NCBI GenBank assembly: GCA_002840365.1
Contig: PHAO01000001.1
Location: forward strand, 85,101 to 149,100
Source of the DNA: Candidatus Dojkabacteria bacterium HGW-Dojkabacteria-1
GTDB taxonomy: Bacteria > Patescibacteriota > Dojkabacteria > SC72
Direction: 5' to 3'
DNA length: 64,000 bases
Positions 20,416 through 30,362 of this stretch are shown one piece after another (position 1 is the first letter of the stretch; the number at the start of each line of letters is the position of its first letter). The notes below the pieces were generated by a model that saw nothing but the letters and a program-made list of their open reading frames with translations, was not told where the DNA came from and did not search any database. Both the position numbers and the translations under genes were made by a program.

Positions 20416-22777
20416 TGTCTATGATTCCTTGTGGAGTTATATGACTCCTCCCTTTATTTAATTCTTCCCTTTGTTTTCTCACCTGTCCTGGGACAGTATT
20501 CTCTTCTATCATTTCTACGAAAGATTTTTGACTTTCATATTTCTTCGGATTCAACATCTCTTCCTGTTCCTTTAACCTTTTTTCTAACTCTTCCTGATAT
20601 TTTTCTCTTTCTGTCTTTATCTTTTCTATGTCTCCCTGTCTTCTTTCTACTGCTCTCTCAATCAATTCATTCTGTTTGTTAACATCTCCCGAGCTAGTCT
20701 TCATTGGCTGTTGTACTGTAGGAGGGTCATATATTTGTGCGAGCTCTGATATAGATCTTGTATCTGTCATTCCTTGTTGATTCTTCCTTGCTTCTAGTTC
20801 TCTTGGATCGGAAGTAATTAATTCATGTTCAGCTTGGCTTGAGAGTATTTGTATTCCTACATGGTTTGCACCTGCAAAGAATAGGCCTTGTCCTCTATCA
20901 CAGTTAAGGAGATAGTTTCTTTCTCCATCTGAGAGATTAAATACTTGTTGTAATTTCTCTACAGCTGAAGGACTCTGTTTCATAAGGACTTGAATTGAAG
21001 AGTTCGAGATTATTGCTCTACCCATATCATTGTTCATAAAGTCGGCAACATCCTGTGTAATTGTAGAAAGCCCAAGATAGTATTTCCTTGCTCTTTTTGC
21101 AAGAGAGTACATAAATTTAGCGGAATCTTCTCTCTGCATCATATACCAAGCTTCATCAACGATTAACAATCTTCTTCTTTGGTCTTTTCGTATCTTAGTC
21201 CATATGAAATCTAACATAAGGTACATTGCTAAAGGTTTGAGTTCTTCTTGTAAATCTCTAACACTGAATACAGTAAATGGATTATTTATTTCAAAGTTAC
21301 TTGCTTCATTGAATACTCCAGCACCACTTCCCATTATGTATTTTTCCATTCTTCTAGCTAAATCATGTGCTTCTGTTTCAGCCATACCTTTTAATACCTT
21401 ATACAAATCTTCAAGCAATGGAGCTTGTCTTTTTTGAGTTGCTGGATCGAATGTAATACCTTTCTCCCTATATGTTAATATTAATGCTCTATCAAGTATT
21501 GAGGTTTCTACATTGGTAAGCCCATCGAACATTACCTTAAAGAAACCTTGTAGTGCTAGAAGTTTCATTCTTAACTCATCATCTCCCTCTTCTGATACAC
21601 CTGAAAGATCAAATGGATTCATCTTGTGCCCTTTATCTTGAGAGAAGGATATGTATGAGCCGTTAACTGCCTTAGAAAGGTCTTCATATTCTCTTTCTGG
21701 ATCTATTATGATGATATGAGTACCAAGCATTAAGCTTCGAACGGCTTCTAATTTTACAAAATAGCTTTTACCAGCACCAGATTTTGCGAATATTACTGCA
21801 TTTGCATTCTCTAATTCAAACCTATCGAATATTACTAAGCTCTTGTTATGCATATTAATCCCGTACATGATTCCATGATCCATTGTTAATTCAGATGTAA
21901 CAAAGGGGAATGTAGTAGCAAGAGATGTTGTATCCATATTTCTAGTTATATACAACTTGTCTAGACCTAATGGTTGTGTACTAATAAAGGCTGGTTCCTG
22001 TTGTAGTGTTGCTGGCTTTGCGGTTACATTCATTGCTGCAAGAGTAGAGGTAACATTTCTAGAGTATTTTTCTAACAGCTCTTTGTTTGGTGCATATATT
22101 GTTACATACATTGCAAAGTGGAAGAATTTTTCTGTACCTTCTGCAATTGAGTCTTGAAGCTGTTGTGCATCTGAGAGTGCTACCTTTAATGAAGGGTCTA
22201 CGACTTTTCTGTCCTCCATTTGTGAATACAATGTAGCTTCCATTTCTCCGATTTTTTTCTTAAGTTTCTCTAATATAATCTTAGAATCTACAGGATAGTA
22301 GAAAGTACTAATTCTTAAAGAATGTTCGAAGTTGATAATGGGGGATAGCCAGTTTGGTCCTACGAATCTAGGATATCCACTGATAAAGAAAGTTCTTGAG
22401 TAGTAATTTCCCATTTGTAGAGTATTAAAATCAACCTCTACATCTATTGGTGCAATAATATCCTGTGTTGTTAAACCTGAGAATTTTCCAACCTGTGGTT
22501 CAAGGTTAACAGCTGCTGTTTGTGTACTTTTTCCTCCAACAGTAGATTTAAAATTGTCTAGCAGTTTAAAAAATGGATTCTTTTTGTTCTCTTTCTGTGT
22601 ATCATTGAACCTATCCTTTTGATCTATTTGTGTTTTCTGTTCTTTAACAGTATTTAGCTCCTTTCTTAAATCATTCTGGAAGGTAGCATATTTGTTCTGG
22701 TTAAATTGCTCCTGACGCTCGTTGAGCATCTTCATAGTCTTTGATTCTATATTGTTGTTTTGGCTATTGTTGTACAT
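20399..22777 (-). CDS. VirB4/TraC/CagE-family T4SS ATPase
   Basis: Walker A AKSGAGKSYFVK; Walker B LLIVDEAWYMM; VirB4-type N-terminal domain (…YYSRTFFISGYPRFV…). About 130-aa charged coiled-coil C-terminal extension. 792 aa. Confidence 0.85.
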   Translation of the reverse strand: MYNNSQNNNIESKTMKMLNERQEQFNQNKYATFQNDLRKELNTVKEQKTQIDQKDRFNDTQKENKKNPFFKLLDNFKSTVGGKSTQTAAVNLEPQVGKFSGLTTQDIIAPIDVEVDFNTLQMGNYYSRTFFISGYPRFVGPNWLSPIINFEHSLRISTFYYPVDSKIILEKLKKKIGEMEATLYSQMEDRKVVDPSLKVALSDAQQLQDSIAEGTEKFFHFAMYVTIYAPNKELLEKYSRNVTSTLAAMNVTAKPATLQQEPAFISTQPLGLDKLYITRNMDTTSLATTFPFVTSELTMDHGIMYGINMHNKSLVIFDRFELENANAVIFAKSGAGKSYFVKLEAVRSLMLGTHIIIIDPEREYEDLSKAVNGSYISFSQDKGHKMNPFDLSGVSEEGDDELRMKLLALQGFFKVMFDGLTNVETSILDRALILTYREKGITFDPATQKRQAPLLEDLYKVLKGMAETEAHDLARRMEKYIMGSGAGVFNEASNFEINNPFTVFSVRDLQEELKPLAMYLMLDFIWTKIRKDQRRRLLIVDEAWYMMQREDSAKFMYSLAKRARKYYLGLSTITQDVADFMNNDMGRAIISNSSIQVLMKQSPSAVEKLQQVFNLSDGERNYLLNCDRGQGLFFAGANHVGIQILSSQAEHELITSDPRELEARKNQQGMTDTRSISELAQIYDPPTVQQPMKTSSGDVNKQNELIERAVERRQGDIEKIKTEREKYQEELEKRLKEQEEMLNPKKYESQKSFVEMIEENTVPGQVRKQREELNKGRSHITPQGIIDNDDNQ

Positions 22778-23426
22778 TGTCTTCTCCTACTAATTCTTCA
22801 TCAGGGTTATATATTGTGTAGAATTCGGTAATTAACTCTTTGTTTGTCAGTTGATGTCCGAAGAGTCCCATTCGTCCTAACTGTTTTAAGATATGGTCTC
22901 TTTTTGGATACAAAAATATCTTTGCTTTCTCTAGTAATTGTTCCTGTCTCATTTGTAAAGCTTTCTCTATCTCTTCTCTTGTTTGTTTTGATTTAAATAT
23001 TCCCGAACCAGGTATATCTCCTGCAGGGTTAAAAGGTATTACTATTAAGAAAGTTTTGTCTAATACATCATTTTGTACAATTAAATTCTGTATGAATTCC
23101 GTATATATATTAAGCTGTCTTCTTAGTCCTTCTGACATACTTTCATTCTCTTGGTTTTTAAGGTAATCAACATAGTTTGATATATCAATTCTTTTTGTTC
23201 TGATTAATATCTGTATATGGAAATTCAAAGAATTAAGTAGACCTGCAAATGCATATATCTTACTATCCTGCTCATACTCTGCTAAGAGGTCAAAGTTAAT
23301 AGCAGATGTCTGAACTACCATTGCTACACTTCCACTTTTTGTTATTACCAAATCATCGACTATTTCCCTCACTTCGAGATGATCCTGTGTAGATGCTATT
23401 GTTCTTGCTCTTGCATTTGCTTCCAT
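22764..23426 (-). CDS. Soluble protein of the virB4 operon, function unknown
   Basis: 220 aa. Stop overlaps the virB4-like start by 14 nt. …DHLEVREIVDDLVITKSGSVAMVVQTSAINFDLLAEYEQ… loosely recalls the N-terminal segments of Gram-positive VirB4-like (TcpF/ConE) proteins. Confidence 0.4.
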   Translation of the reverse strand: MEANARARTIASTQDHLEVREIVDDLVITKSGSVAMVVQTSAINFDLLAEYEQDSKIYAFAGLLNSLNFHIQILIRTKRIDISNYVDYLKNQENESMSEGLRRQLNIYTEFIQNLIVQNDVLDKTFLIVIPFNPAGDIPGSGIFKSKQTREEIEKALQMRQEQLLEKAKIFLYPKRDHILKQLGRMGLFGHQLTNKELITEFYTIYNPDEELVGEDNVQQ

Positions 23427-24262
23427 TATTTCAATGCTATTTTCAAAGGTAATTTATTTTGATTTTTTGTAACTAATATTCGTAATTTTGGGGCACTAGA
23501 TGCTAGACCTTCAAACTCAATGATATATATCCCTTCAGGATATATCCTATTACTTAAGAAGTAACCATTTGGACCTGTCTTGTTAGCATAGAGGATTTTA
23601 CCATTAGAGTCCTTTAAGTAGGTATTAACATTTGAAAGAGGTTGATTATCTTTTGTACATAACCATATATTTATATTCCCAGGTAATTTATCAATACTTT
23701 TTATAGGGAATTGATATTTAGAAATATTCTCCTCGGAAATGGTTATATATTCATCATCTGGAAGAAGAATTTTCTCTTCTTGTTGAACAACATCTTTGGT
23801 TACTTCTTTTGTTTCTTCTCCCTCTATGGCTAATATGTCATCTCCAGGGTTTTCTTCGAATATTTGAGACTTCTGTTCCTCTCTTAGCTCTGTAGTACCA
23901 ATTACCTTCCTTTTTGTATCATCAATAGCTGTAACAGTAGGCTTTATTCTCTGTTCTTTGAGCGTTTGGTTAAGCCATACTCTTTGAGTAGGCCTATTAA
24001 TTGCTGTAAAGTAATTAATTATCGCCTTGTCTGCAGGTTGATCATTTATTGGAACGAGAGCTAGAAAAGCTCCTATTCCAGAAAGTATTGCAAAAAGAGG
24101 TATCCCAATTATTCCTGGTATGTCTCCTCCAATTGAGAGGTAAAGGAAAATACCTCCTGTACCTACACCTAGTGCAAGGTATGCAAACTCCTTTAGAGTA
24201 AATCTTGTAAAGAGTTTAAACTCAACATCTAATACATTTTGTGGAATAGGGTGTTGTCTCAT
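23426..24262 (-). CDS. Bitopic/di-topic membrane protein, possible VirB3-like component fused to an extracytoplasmic beta-rich domain
   Basis: Two adjacent N-terminal TM helices (…LALGVGTGGIFLYLSIGGDIPGIIGIPLFAILSGIGAFLALVP…) followed by about 200 aa of hydrophilic sequence. First gene of the virB4-containing operon. Confidence 0.35.
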   Translation of the reverse strand: MRQHPIPQNVLDVEFKLFTRFTLKEFAYLALGVGTGGIFLYLSIGGDIPGIIGIPLFAILSGIGAFLALVPINDQPADKAIINYFTAINRPTQRVWLNQTLKEQRIKPTVTAIDDTKRKVIGTTELREEQKSQIFEENPGDDILAIEGEETKEVTKDVVQQEEKILLPDDEYITISEENISKYQFPIKSIDKLPGNINIWLCTKDNQPLSNVNTYLKDSNGKILYANKTGPNGYFLSNRIYPEGIYIIEFEGLASSAPKLRILVTKNQNKLPLKIALK

Positions 24263-24329
24263 TATTCACAAATAGTTTACCAGAATTATTTATAATAGTG
24301 GAGAGAATATTTCTTAAAAAATGTTGTAA

Positions 24330-25148
24330 ATGCTATCATATCCTGTAATGTACAAAAAAGAGATAGAGGAAATTGTCAATGAGTTTGTGTCTTTTAAATC
24401 CAATATGGGATTGAAACTTTCTATTAAAAAAGCTCAGTATATATGGGGAAAAAGTATTACAAAGAGGATATCAGATACTACATTAATGGAATTAGAAAAG
24501 GGTACAAAGGTAGGGAACTCAAAAATTATTAAAGAAAAGATAGATATTGTAAAAAAGAATTTAAATATCCTACTTGTATTTAATTGGGTTCGCTTTGTTG
24601 GTATTTCAGGATCTGTGGCTGCGGGATTTGCTAAAGAAGACGATGATATTGATATCTTTATTGTTGTTAAAGATGGATGTGCATGGATATACAGGGGCAT
24701 ATTAACTATACGGAATATTTTTAATCATGTAATTAGAACTAAAAGGGACAAAGAGGATGTAAGGGATTTGTTATGTATAAATTTTATTATTGAAGAGAGT
24801 GGTTTGGAGCTTGAAAGTGACATTTTCAACTTTCATGAATTAATGTATTTAATTCCTATCTACAATGAGAGGTATATAAATCATATATATGAAAAAAATC
24901 TTTGGTTGTTAACAAAATATCAAATAAACAAAGAATTGCTTCAAAGTAGAGAGAGGAAGAAGGAGGGTGTTAATTTTGTAATAAAGGTTATTAATTTTCT
25001 TGCATATATATCTCAAATTGCCTTCATGTTAATTTCAGGTCACACACCAGAGATAAAGAGGCTATTTAGGAATTACAAAAGAGGAAGAATAGAGTTTTTC
25101 CCAAGCGATTATAAAGAGAAAGTATTAAGGAAATTAATCTCCGTTTAA
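24330..25148 (+). CDS. Pol-beta-superfamily nucleotidyltransferase (KNTase/ANT-like)
   Basis: GISGSVAAGFAKEDDDIDIFIVV matches the GS-x9-13-DxD minimal nucleotidyltransferase motif. Helical C-terminal half. 272 aa. Confidence 0.5.
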   Translation: MLSYPVMYKKEIEEIVNEFVSFKSNMGLKLSIKKAQYIWGKSITKRISDTTLMELEKGTKVGNSKIIKEKIDIVKKNLNILLVFNWVRFVGISGSVAAGFAKEDDDIDIFIVVKDGCAWIYRGILTIRNIFNHVIRTKRDKEDVRDLLCINFIIEESGLELESDIFNFHELMYLIPIYNERYINHIYEKNLWLLTKYQINKELLQSRERKKEGVNFVIKVINFLAYISQIAFMLISGHTPEIKRLFRNYKRGRIEFFPSDYKEKVLRKLISV

Positions 25149-26207
25149 ATGTACTAGCATTGAGTTTGTAAGTATTTCTTTTGGTAATGTTTTATAGTCT
25201 ATTACAGTAATAAAGGTTTGTTGTTTATCTAGTAATCTCTTTTCAAATATTTTCTTTGTATTTGAGATATCTAATTCGGAAGCGATATCGTCTAAAAGAA
25301 GTATTGGATAGAAACCATTTTTACTATTTACAATATCTTGTGTCTGAAATATTAATTTCCCTATTGCTAATCTTTTTTCTCCTCTAGAACCAAACTTTCT
25401 AATATCCCTTCCTAATGATATTTCCCAATCATCTCTGTGTGGTCCAATATTTGTGTATCCTGTTGCAATATCCCTTCTTTTGCTATTTTCTAAATCTTCA
25501 TTAATCTTTTCTTCTAAATACTTTGTATTATTAATCTTTCTTCTATCTATACTAAAATCAGTTTTGTATTTAATCTCATACCCATCTTTTGAGAGTTCTT
25601 TTGTTAATAGTATTCGCTCTTGTAGTATTGGAATAGAGTAGATTGCTAATTTGTTAGTCCAGAAGTTTAATTGTGGATCATTTATGGCAATTACACCTTT
25701 TTCATAGAAGAGTTTTGCTAATCTCTTCAGATATGCATTTCTTTGTCTAAGGATCTTTTTAAATTCTTTAAGATAGGTTTCATATTCATAGTTGTATTTA
25801 ACAATCGTCTCATCAAGAAAGTTTCTTCTTTGGGAGGAAGAAATCATTAATAATTCTATTTTTTCTGGATTAAATATTGTTGCAGAGGTATTTTCAAAAA
25901 ATGTTTTACTACGGACATTCTTACCCTCTACTTTAAATATTCTTTTATCCTTATCTTTGAAATATACATAGCTTTTGGAATCTTTCTCTATTTCTATTCT
26001 GGTATGTATCTGCTTTTCTTGGTCAGTGTTGATAAATTCATCAGTAGAAGCCCATGGGGATTTACCATTACTTATTAAAAAGAGTGCTTCTAGTACAGAG
26101 CTTTTACCTTGAGCATTGCTTCCGTAGAAGATAGTGATATTTTTATCAAATTCAAAAGTTTTGTCTTTGAATTTCCTAAAGTTTTTTAATACCAATCTAT
26201 TTATCAT
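25134..26207 (-). CDS. recF: DNA replication/repair protein RecF
   Basis: N-terminal INRLVLKNFRKF…IFYGSNAQGKSSVLEAL (Walker A); C-terminal LLLDDIASELD; 357 aa. Confidence 0.8.
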   Translation of the reverse strand: MINRLVLKNFRKFKDKTFEFDKNITIFYGSNAQGKSSVLEALFLISNGKSPWASTDEFINTDQEKQIHTRIEIEKDSKSYVYFKDKDKRIFKVEGKNVRSKTFFENTSATIFNPEKIELLMISSSQRRNFLDETIVKYNYEYETYLKEFKKILRQRNAYLKRLAKLFYEKGVIAINDPQLNFWTNKLAIYSIPILQERILLTKELSKDGYEIKYKTDFSIDRRKINNTKYLEEKINEDLENSKRRDIATGYTNIGPHRDDWEISLGRDIRKFGSRGEKRLAIGKLIFQTQDIVNSKNGFYPILLLDDIASELDISNTKKIFEKRLLDKQQTFITVIDYKTLPKEILTNSMLVHLNGD

Positions 26208-28030
26208 TATGTCTTTAGTATACTTAGAAATGCTTCTTGTGGGATATTTACTTGCCCTATCATTTTTAATCTCTTCTTTCCTTTCTTTTGTTTTTCTAGT
26301 AGTTTTAATCTTCTTGTATAGTCTCCACCATACAGTTTAGCAGTAACATCTTTTCTAAATGCTTTTACATCTTCTCTTGCTATTATCTTTGCTCCGATGG
26401 ATGCCTGAAGTGGAATAGGGAATTGCTGTCTAGGTATTTCATCTTTCATTACCTCAAGTAGTTTTGCAGCTTTTGCTCTTGCATGTTCTCTTGTTTCGAG
26501 AAAACTTAATGCAGGGATTTCTTCATGATTAACAAGTATTGCTACCTTAACTAAGTCTACAGGAAAGAAATCTATTAATTCATACTCCATTGAGGCATAA
26601 CCACTAGATTTATTCTTGAGTTGATCGAAAAAGTTAGAAACTAATGATGCGAGTGGCATATCATATTCTAATTCAATATATTGATCCTTAAGCTGTATTT
26701 CTCCACTATGTGTACTTAGGTAGTGTGTATTAACATACTGTCCTCTTTTATATTGGCATAGCTCCATTAGAGGACCTATGTATCTATCAGGAGTCATTAT
26801 CTTAAGTCTTACCCATGGTTCTAAGATCTCTTTTATTTCCGATGGGTCTGGTAATTCTTGTGGAGTTTGTATCTTTATTTGCTCACCTGTTATTTTTGTA
26901 ATCTCATACTCAACTGTTGGTGCAGTTATTATTAAATCTACGTCATATTCTCTTTCCAATCTTTCTTGAATTATTTCCATATGAAGTAAACCAAGAAAAC
27001 CGCATCTAAAACCGGAACCTAACATATTAGATCTTTGATCTGTGAATGTTAGTGCGGCATCATTCATGCTTAATTTGTTTAAACCAATTTTTAAAGGTTC
27101 GTAATCATCTGGTGTTACAGGAAAAAATGTTGCAAATACATTAGGTTTTGGTGTTCTATATCCCTCAAGAGGGGAAGTATTCTTACTATCAGAAATAGTG
27201 TCTCCTACAGTGAAGAAACTAATATCCTTAAATCCTGTAGCTATATATCCCACCTCTCCTGTTCCAAGATATTCTGTTTCTTGTAAGTCGGGAGTAAATA
27301 TCCCTACCTCTGTTGGTTTGAAAGTTTCCTCTTTTCTTAGGATATACAAATCAGACGCCTTTCCTGGAATATACTTTATTTTCCCATCAAAAACTCTCAC
27401 CGCTACAACGACTCCTCTGTGTTCATCGTAAAAGGAATCGAAGATTAGACTCTTAAGAGAATCATTTGTGTTTCCCTGTGGAGGTGGACATATTTCAACA
27501 ATTTTGTCCAAAAGTTCACTTACTCCTTCTCCAGTCTTTCCAGAAACTTTCACAATATCTTCTTTTCTGAATCCAAGAAGTTGTTCTAATTCTTGTTCTC
27601 TGGCTTTTACATCAATATTAGGTAAATCTATTTTGTTTATTACAGGTATTAGCTTTAACCCAAGATCAAGAGCTTTTTGGGTATTTGAAATGGTTTGGGC
27701 TTGCACCCCCTGAGATGCATCAACAAGTAGTATTGCTGCTTCGCATGCTGCAAGAGATCTGGATACTTCATATGAGAAATCAACATGTCCTGGTGTATCA
27801 ATTAGATTCAATTGGTATTCTTTCCATATCATTCTACACGCTTGTAATTTTATAGTAATACCTTTCTCTTGTTCTAAATCTAACCTGTCTAATACTCTTG
27901 ATTCTCTTTTATCTCTTGATATATCTATATGTGCTGCTTCAAGCATTCTATCTGCTAATGTAGATTTTCCATGGTCAATATGGGCAATTATTGAAAAATT
28001 TCTTATTTTTGTTAAGTCAGTAGTAGTCAT
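26207..28030 (-). CDS. lepA: Elongation factor 4 (LepA)
   Basis: IRNFSIIAHIDHGKSTLADR G-domain; LepA-specific C-terminal domain; 607 aa. Confidence 0.95.
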   Translation of the reverse strand: MTTTDLTKIRNFSIIAHIDHGKSTLADRMLEAAHIDISRDKRESRVLDRLDLEQEKGITIKLQACRMIWKEYQLNLIDTPGHVDFSYEVSRSLAACEAAILLVDASQGVQAQTISNTQKALDLGLKLIPVINKIDLPNIDVKAREQELEQLLGFRKEDIVKVSGKTGEGVSELLDKIVEICPPPQGNTNDSLKSLIFDSFYDEHRGVVVAVRVFDGKIKYIPGKASDLYILRKEETFKPTEVGIFTPDLQETEYLGTGEVGYIATGFKDISFFTVGDTISDSKNTSPLEGYRTPKPNVFATFFPVTPDDYEPLKIGLNKLSMNDAALTFTDQRSNMLGSGFRCGFLGLLHMEIIQERLEREYDVDLIITAPTVEYEITKITGEQIKIQTPQELPDPSEIKEILEPWVRLKIMTPDRYIGPLMELCQYKRGQYVNTHYLSTHSGEIQLKDQYIELEYDMPLASLVSNFFDQLKNKSSGYASMEYELIDFFPVDLVKVAILVNHEEIPALSFLETREHARAKAAKLLEVMKDEIPRQQFPIPLQASIGAKIIAREDVKAFRKDVTAKLYGGDYTRRLKLLEKQKKGKKRLKMIGQVNIPQEAFLSILKT

Positions 28031-28093
28031 ATAACGGGATTATTATAGTATATTTTTACAAAGAAAGGGGAAAAATCTTTAATATACAACGCT

Positions 28094-28645
28094 TTATTGT
28101 ATTTCCTTTATTGTAAGTTCGAAATCTTCTTCAAACATTACATCAGAGAAGCTCTCTACATAGAGATACACAACATATCTTTCCTTTGCAGGAACGATTA
28201 TCTTTTGAACAGAATTGTCACCATTTGGTTCTTGTAATCTATATCTTTGATCTCTAATGATTAACCCTATATCAGACTTCGTTGGTAGTGTTGTGCCTCC
28301 ATATATATCTAGATTAACACTCTCTTCCTTGTTATTTATTATCTCAATTATTGGTTTAGAGTAGCTGTCAGCGTCTCTTTTAGTGAGTTTTGTTCTATAC
28401 ACATATTTACCTTCCGCTAAATCTATTTTTTCATTTAGAAAGATTTGATGAGAACCACCTACGATATTTATCTGTAATTCTGATCTATTTGTTACTCCTA
28501 AGACATTGATATCTTTTAATTTCTTTGTAATTGGTTGTAGGTTTATTACTGTGATGGCAGGTATTATGAAAAGTAATGCTACCAATCCTAAAGCTATTGG
28601 TTCTACTACTAGAGCTAATGTTTTCTTTATCTTGTTTTCTTTCAT
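28094..28645 (-). CDS. Hypothetical secreted/membrane-anchored protein
   Basis: Single N-terminal TM. The likely start is the internal Met (MKENKIKK…) at 28645, which avoids overlap with the upstream gene. Confidence 0.4.
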   Translation of the reverse strand: MKENKIKKTLALVVEPIALGLVALLFIIPAITVINLQPITKKLKDINVLGVTNRSELQINIVGGSHQIFLNEKIDLAEGKYVYRTKLTKRDADSYSKPIIEIINNKEESVNLDIYGGTTLPTKSDIGLIIRDQRYRLQEPNGDNSVQKIIVPAKERYVVYLYVESFSDVMFEEDFELTIKEIQ

Positions 28646-28646
28646 A

Positions 28647-29195
28647 TTAGTAATATTTCTTGTTATCAGGATATACTTTATTTGATTCAACTTCAAATGT
28701 TTTTACTGCTCCAAATCCACAAAGGAATGCAAATGATCCTGCGAATATCCCAACCCATGTATATGTATTATCCTGTATTGTATTTGCAACTATTATGGCA
28801 GATGCTATCCAAAGAAAAGCTGTCCAGATGAATATTTTAAGAAATGTTGTATCATCCTTTGTAATCCATTGAAGGATATTAAATCTTGTGACCTTAACTA
28901 TTGTTTTAGGGTCATCTGTAGCTGATTGGAAGATTGCAGTTTTAGCTATGAAGTAAGCAGTAGGTATTGCTAAAAATGCAAACATGAAAAGATCGGAATA
29001 TGAATTAACAAAGAGTGTAGTAGAGGAATCATTAAAGTATATCTGTGTAGAAAATATACCATTTAAATCATTCCCTATCTCAAATGTAAGGCCGTAAACA
29101 GCACTAGTAAAAAATATCCCAAAAACTTTTCCAGCAATCATTAATATTGCAGGAAAGATTGAGTTTTTAAGCGCTCTTTTGATTAGTTTTGACAT
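28647..29195 (-). CDS. Hypothetical four-TM membrane protein
   Basis: Four hydrophobic helices; no motif. Confidence 0.4.
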   Translation of the reverse strand: MSKLIKRALKNSIFPAILMIAGKVFGIFFTSAVYGLTFEIGNDLNGIFSTQIYFNDSSTTLFVNSYSDLFMFAFLAIPTAYFIAKTAIFQSATDDPKTIVKVTRFNILQWITKDDTTFLKIFIWTAFLWIASAIIVANTIQDNTYTWVGIFAGSFAFLCGFGAVKTFEVESNKVYPDNKKYY

Positions 29196-29463
29196 TATCT
29201 ATGGACAGTTTGTTAAGTTGAATTGCAAGTCTAGATTTTTTACGACTTGCTGTACCCTTCTTTATAACATTTTTTTTGGCAGCCTTGTCAAGAACTTTGT
29301 ATGTTTGTTTTAAAGATTTCTCTGCAGCTTCCTTTTCATCTTTCTTTACAAGATCTTGGAACCTTTTTACAGATTTCTTAACTCTCTTTCTTAACCTGTC
29401 GTTATGAACTGTTCTTCTCTTTGTTTGTCTTAAATCTTTTATAGATGTCTTTAAGTTTGGCAT
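29167..29463 (-). CDS. rpsT: 30S ribosomal protein S20
   Basis: MPNLKTSIKDLRQTKRR…RKRVKK…; basic helical 98-aa protein. Confidence 0.85.
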   Translation of the reverse strand: MPNLKTSIKDLRQTKRRTVHNDRLRKRVKKSVKRFQDLVKKDEKEAAEKSLKQTYKVLDKAAKKNVIKKGTASRKKSRLAIQLNKLSIDNVKTNQKSA

Positions 29464-29560
29464 TCTTCAAAAGTATATTTAAAATGAATCAATATTGCGT
29501 TGTATTATATCGGTTAAGAGTTTGTTTGTAAACAGAAATGTAAATTGATACACTATTTTT

Positions 29561-29974
29561 ATGGATGTCATGGGGGAAAGAAAGATAATTGGATATGTTG
29601 TGTTTTTTGTTATTGCCCTTGTAACAGTTATTTCTCCAATTTATATACTTTTAAACAGGGAAGATGTAAAAGGTGTTGATATACAAAGAGATATTACTAC
29701 TCCACATCCATATATTACGAACCTTATGCCAAAGAGTGCCTATGTGGGAGAAGAGTATATTTTTGTTCCTAGAGTAGTGGCAAATGATTTCGGAAATGTA
29801 GTATTAACTATAGAGGAGGGACCAAGTTGGTTGTATATTGATGAGGGATATATAATTAGGGGCTACCCTTCATCGAGTGATATTGGTACTGTAAAGGTCA
29901 CACTTAAGGTTGATGATGGAATGGGTAGTTCTACAATATCTGAATATATTATAGTTACAGAAGATGAAGAATAG
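29561..29974 (+). CDS. Small membrane-anchored protein with a He_PIG (putative Ig) domain
   Basis: N-terminal TM. …YVGEEYIFVPRVVANDFGNVVLTIEEGPSWLYIDEGYIIRGYPSSSDIGTVKVTLKVDDGMG fits the He_PIG pattern. Confidence 0.45.
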   Translation: MDVMGERKIIGYVVFFVIALVTVISPIYILLNREDVKGVDIQRDITTPHPYITNLMPKSAYVGEEYIFVPRVVANDFGNVVLTIEEGPSWLYIDEGYIIRGYPSSSDIGTVKVTLKVDDGMGSSTISEYIIVTEDEE

Positions 29975-30362
29975 GGGGATTTTCACAATTGGGGTTGTAC
30001 TTACTGTCCTTATGATTTTTGTAGGAGTTTTTGTATTTAAGGCATCAGGATCTAATGATTCTGTTTCCGTGGAGGGATGTAATCCTTACAATGTAGAGAT
30101 TAAGAAAGGAGAGAAAGAAAATTCTGTAGAGATAACATGGAAGAGTAAGACAAGATGTTCTGCATATATTCTTTATGGTACAGAAATGAAGAATTTAAAT
30201 CTTGTTGCAATAGATTTGGAGGGGGATTTTAGAGGAAAGAATCACAAGGTTGTTATTAACTCCTTATTGTCTTCTAAAACATATTTCTTCTCTATTGTTT
30301 CTGGTGGTACTACGTATGGTAAGGATGGTTTACCAATATCATTCTCTATTTCTTCCCTCTGA
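29964..30362 (+). CDS. Small exported protein with an FN3 / purple-acid-phosphatase-N-like module
   Basis: VEITWKSKTRCSAYILYGTE…KTYFFSIVSGGTTYG. This module is paralogous to two modules in the 50608..52224 protein. Confidence 0.45.
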   Translation: MKNRGIFTIGVVLTVLMIFVGVFVFKASGSNDSVSVEGCNPYNVEIKKGEKENSVEITWKSKTRCSAYILYGTEMKNLNLVAIDLEGDFRGKNHKVVINSLLSSKTYFFSIVSGGTTYGKDGLPISFSISSL

